A stretch of 64,000 nucleotides of DNA from Carcharhinus amblyrhynchos. Taxonomy: Eukaryota. A program made the position numbers and the translations under genes. Positions 60,741 to 64,000 of the stretch are shown here, one piece after another. The notes under the pieces were generated by a model, which saw nothing but the letters and a program-made list of their open reading frames with translations, was not told the origin of the DNA and ran no database searches. How positions within the stretch are numbered: the stretch's first letter is position 1; each line of letters opens with the position of its first letter. The stretch lies in NCBI GenBank assembly GCA_965287045.1, contig OZ336874.1, forward strand, positions 77,004,001 to 77,068,000, given 5' to 3'.

Positions 60741-61730
60741 CTCTTCTGGCATCTGTGCCCCTTTAAAGTACTCCATAGTTGGGCTTAATCGCTTTCATTG
60801 TGAACAGTTACGCTGCACAGAGATCAAATCACTTCCCCATCCCCACAGTTTATGGGGAGTTTTATTGTCTGGATTGTGGTATGATAATTTCTCTGCAGGG
60901 AGTTGCTGCTTTCCCAAAGTAATTGATATTGGAACAACTGCAATTAATCAAATTGTACAGCAGCAAAATGATGGCAGAGGTAAAACTGGGGAATCTAATA
61001 TCTTGAGTGTTCCCTAATAATTAGATTTTTTTTTTCATCAGGAAGGCAAGTTCGCACTAGTTACAGTTATTCACTGAAATGATAATGCAAAAAGTAAATT
61101 AGACTCTCTCCAAATCTTGGCCTCATTTATTCTAAAGCTCCATTTATTCCAGCCAATTTAAAAAAAAAATTAAAATCCAAGGAAGCATGGGCACAGTCCC
61201 CTACTTCCGCTTTTTAATTTGCATCCATGTCCCTCAGAATTGTACATTACACTGGAGGTGATACAGGACGTTACATGAAGACATTTTTGCTTTGGTGTTT
61301 ACACTTCAAATGCACTGGTGGACAGACGTTATTATCAGACATCTCTGATGGGGAACTTTGTCCAGAAGGAACGCAAATTGGAAATCCGGGCATGTGCGGA
61401 GCACTCACTTCCAATCATGTGTAGCGATGCGTGAATTTTCAATATATCTTCCTGCCAAGCAAGGCTGTCTGTTGGGAGTGCACAGTTGGAAAATTATTCT
61501 TTTAGCTGTGACGTTTAGGTCTATACAATTGGCTTATTATATAAAACATGAGGACCTGGAAATTCCTGTGACAGCCTCCTGATTTGGATTTCCTCCCATC
61601 TCCTGACCACCTTCTTGGCACCAGCCAGAATCATGGAGTTATGGTTATTAACATTTTTTTTCAGCAATCTGCATATTTTGAGAAATGGGGATATCCAAGT
61701 GGTGCTTTGTGATATAAGTAGGTAAAATAA

Positions 61731-61925
61731 TAAAATTGCCATAGTCCCAGATGACCTTTGAGGAGGAGAGCTGACTGGTGGTGATTTAACCTGAGGATCA
61801 CCACCACCTTGGGCAAGGTTGAGAAGGTGGGCCTTGATGAATAACCTCTGCTAGTATGGAAATTGAACCCATGCTGTTGGTATCACTCTACATTACAAAC
61901 CAGCCAGCTGAGCTAACTGACCCCT
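61731..61925 (-). mobile_element. Short tRNA-derived SINE (third family)
   Basis: B box GGAAATTGAACCC, head CTGAGCTAACTGACCCC, tail GCCATAGTCCCAGATGACC. Confidence 0.75.
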
Positions 61926-62258
61926 AAACACTTCACACAATATAAGTAGGTTGCAGTGCTGGTTGAAGGCTCTAAATGTAAACAATGTAGATTAGTAGTT
62001 GCCACCACTTGAATGGCAACGCGACCTGATCTACAGTCTGTTGCTGTGGGGAACCTGACATCATGCAGAGCCTGCCTTCTCTGCCGCTTTGCTCTATCTC
62101 CCAGTTATTCTGTAGGCTTGGAGGCATCTCCCTGTCAATCCCTGTTTGCAGCTTTTGTGGCTACCAATTCCTGTCTGCCCTCCCTACCCACTATCCCAGC
62201 CACATCGACACGATGAGGTGAACAATCCAGGAGCTGCTCAAAATGCCGCCAAAAACAC

Positions 62259-62546
62259 TTTGTGCTTTTATGAGATGTGGGTGTCACTGGCAAGGTCAGC
62301 ATTTGTTTCCCACCTCTAATTGGCCTTGACTGGAATGGCTTGCCAGGTGCTTTTGCATTGATGTGGGTCTGGAGTCAGATGATAGTTGTTAAGGTTACTA
62401 TCACAGAGACTAGACTTACATTCTGGATTTATTAATTGAAGTTAAATTCCATCCGCTGCCCTGATGGGATTTGAATCCATATCCCCAGAGCATTAGCCTG
62501 GGCTTCTGGATTATTAGTGCAGCGTCATGACCATTACACCACCATC
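62259..62546 (-). mobile_element. tRNA-derived SINE, second family, internally deleted
   Basis: GAGATGTGGGTGTCACTGGC tail; GGGATTTGAATCC B box; CCATTACACCACCATC head. Confidence 0.8.
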
Positions 62547-62749
62547 ACACCATCAAAGAAAAAATTCAAAAATTTAATTTGCTTGTAATCACTGGTACCG
62601 ACTCTTTAAATAACTCTGCTGCAGGGCTGATCCTGCAGCTTCATACTTAAACTTTCTTGAATAAATAGCATAGTTGCTGTCTGGACATTTGTTGACCAAA
62701 TTTGGGATCTTGGCATCATATCAGCCACTTGGACATTGTGGCACCCTTG

Positions 62750-62855
62750 AAGGGTCAATGGGAGAGGTGAACAAAATGTTGGCTTTGCAGAGGGTTTTAA
62801 AGGAGAAAAAAGGGGAGAGAAGCCAAAAGGTTCAGGAGGAAATTCCTCCAAGCAA
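62750..62855 (-). mobile_element. L2 LINE fragment
   Basis: GAGGGTTTTAAAGGAG..GGGGAGAGAAG..AGGTTCAGGAGGAAATTCC is an L2 3' region on the minus strand. Confidence 0.45.
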
Positions 62856-63222
62856 TCTCCTATCTTCCCAGCTGTTCTCCTTCTGGCTGCAACAGCTGAA
62901 AAACTATCGGGGGGGTGGTGGTGGCGGGTGGTAATCAGTCAGAAAATCCAGACTTCTCTGAAACTAGTTAACTCAAATTGCTTTAAAGATGATTTTTATG
63001 ACTGATACACAGTTCTCCCCCTGATGACAGTTCTCTCAAATAGAAATCTGGAGATTTCTGGAAACCCATGGGCACTGCAGAAACACAATTTTTAGATGTG
63101 CAAATTGCCATCAGGCCATAGTTGCCACGGGATTTAATTTTTGCTTTGAAAGAGAAAGAAACAGAAACTGAGAGGAGCATCCAAGACAATTGCAGATTTA
63201 TGTCTGTGCTGCTCTTCCCCAT

Positions 63223-63730
63223 AGTGCAGAGGAGGTTCACTAGGCTGATACTGGAGATGAGGGGGTTGGACTATGAAGAGAGACTAAATAGACTGGGTCT
63301 GTACTCGTTGGAGTTTAGAAGTATGAGGAGGGATCTTATAGAGACGTATAAGATAATGAAGGGGGTGGATAGGGTAGAGGTAGAGAGATTCTTCCTGCTT
63401 AGCAAGGATAGCAGGACTAGAGGGCACAGCCTCAAGATAAGGGGGGGAGCAGTTTAGATTGGAGTTGAGGAGGAACTTCTTCACTCAAAGGGTGGTGAAT
63501 CTCTGGAATTCTCTGCCCGTTGAAGTGGTGGAGGCTACCTTGTTAAATATATTTAAGTCACGGGTAGATAGGTTTCTGATAGACAAGGGAATTAAGGGTT
63601 ATGGGGAGAAAGCGGGAAAGTGGAACTGATCCACTTCAGATCAGCCATGATCTTATTGAATGGCGGGGCAGGCTCGAAGGGCTAGATGGCCTACTCCTGC
63701 TCCTATGACTTATGTTCTTATGATCTTATT
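63223..63730 (+). mobile_element. Relatively young CR1 (HER1-like) LINE 3' end
   Basis: VQRRFTRLILEMRGLDYEERLNRLGLYSLEFRSMRRDLIETYKIMKG..RTRGHSLKIRG; tail GATGGCCTACTCCTGCTCCTATGACTTATGTTCTTATG. Confidence 0.95.
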
Positions 63731-64000
63731 TATATGCAAATTTACCATGGAATTGCTGTAATAGTAAACTGTCTGTCGAAGCACCGTCATACGTTAAAAC
63801 CCTCTGGCTTTCTCCAGAAAAATCATTTGATTAGACATCATCTTCCTTGATTAACTGTTACAAAGCCCCAAACTTGGTTGTAAAGTGCTTATAGTCCACC
63901 ACAAGCAGCCCATGATGTGATATTCCTAAATCAAAAGCATTCAATTAGCAGACAAATAATTCATTAATAAAAAATGTTGATGGAACAATGTGGGTTGTGT

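Noticed and set aside
1-64000. CRISPR arrays, operons or prokaryote-type systems; intact autonomous transposon ORFs
   Set aside because: Vertebrate repeat-rich DNA with no regularly spaced repeat-spacer array; all RT and ORF1 remnants are truncated or frameshifted.

Overview
Vertebrate nuclear DNA, AT-rich and CpG-poor. The repeat complement (HE1-type V-SINEs, HER1-like CR1 LINEs, SacSINE1-like DeuSINEs) points to an elasmobranch, probably a shark. I found no host protein-coding exon I can support. The listed ORFs are either CR1/L2 reverse-transcriptase or ORF1 remnants, SINE open frames, or chance ORFs, so the window looks intronic or intergenic. A substantial part is transposon-derived: about 14 HE1-like SINE copies with two different tails, CR1 and L2 LINE fragments, other tRNA-derived SINEs, Penelope-like inverted pseudo-LTRs with decayed hammerhead ribozymes, Harbinger-like MITEs with 3-bp target duplications, and possible solo LTRs. 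Several are nested 3-4 levels deep. The most unusual object is a ~186-bp retroposed RNA at 8427-8612. It has a U2 snRNA-derived 5' end interrupted by an octamer motif, twin hairpins (one resembling U2 stem-loop III), AATAAA, an A-rich tail and a target-site duplication (TSD), making it a candidate snRNA-headed SINE or rearranged U2 derivative. Family names come from recalled consensus sequences, not database searches, and boundaries are approximate unless a TSD is given.
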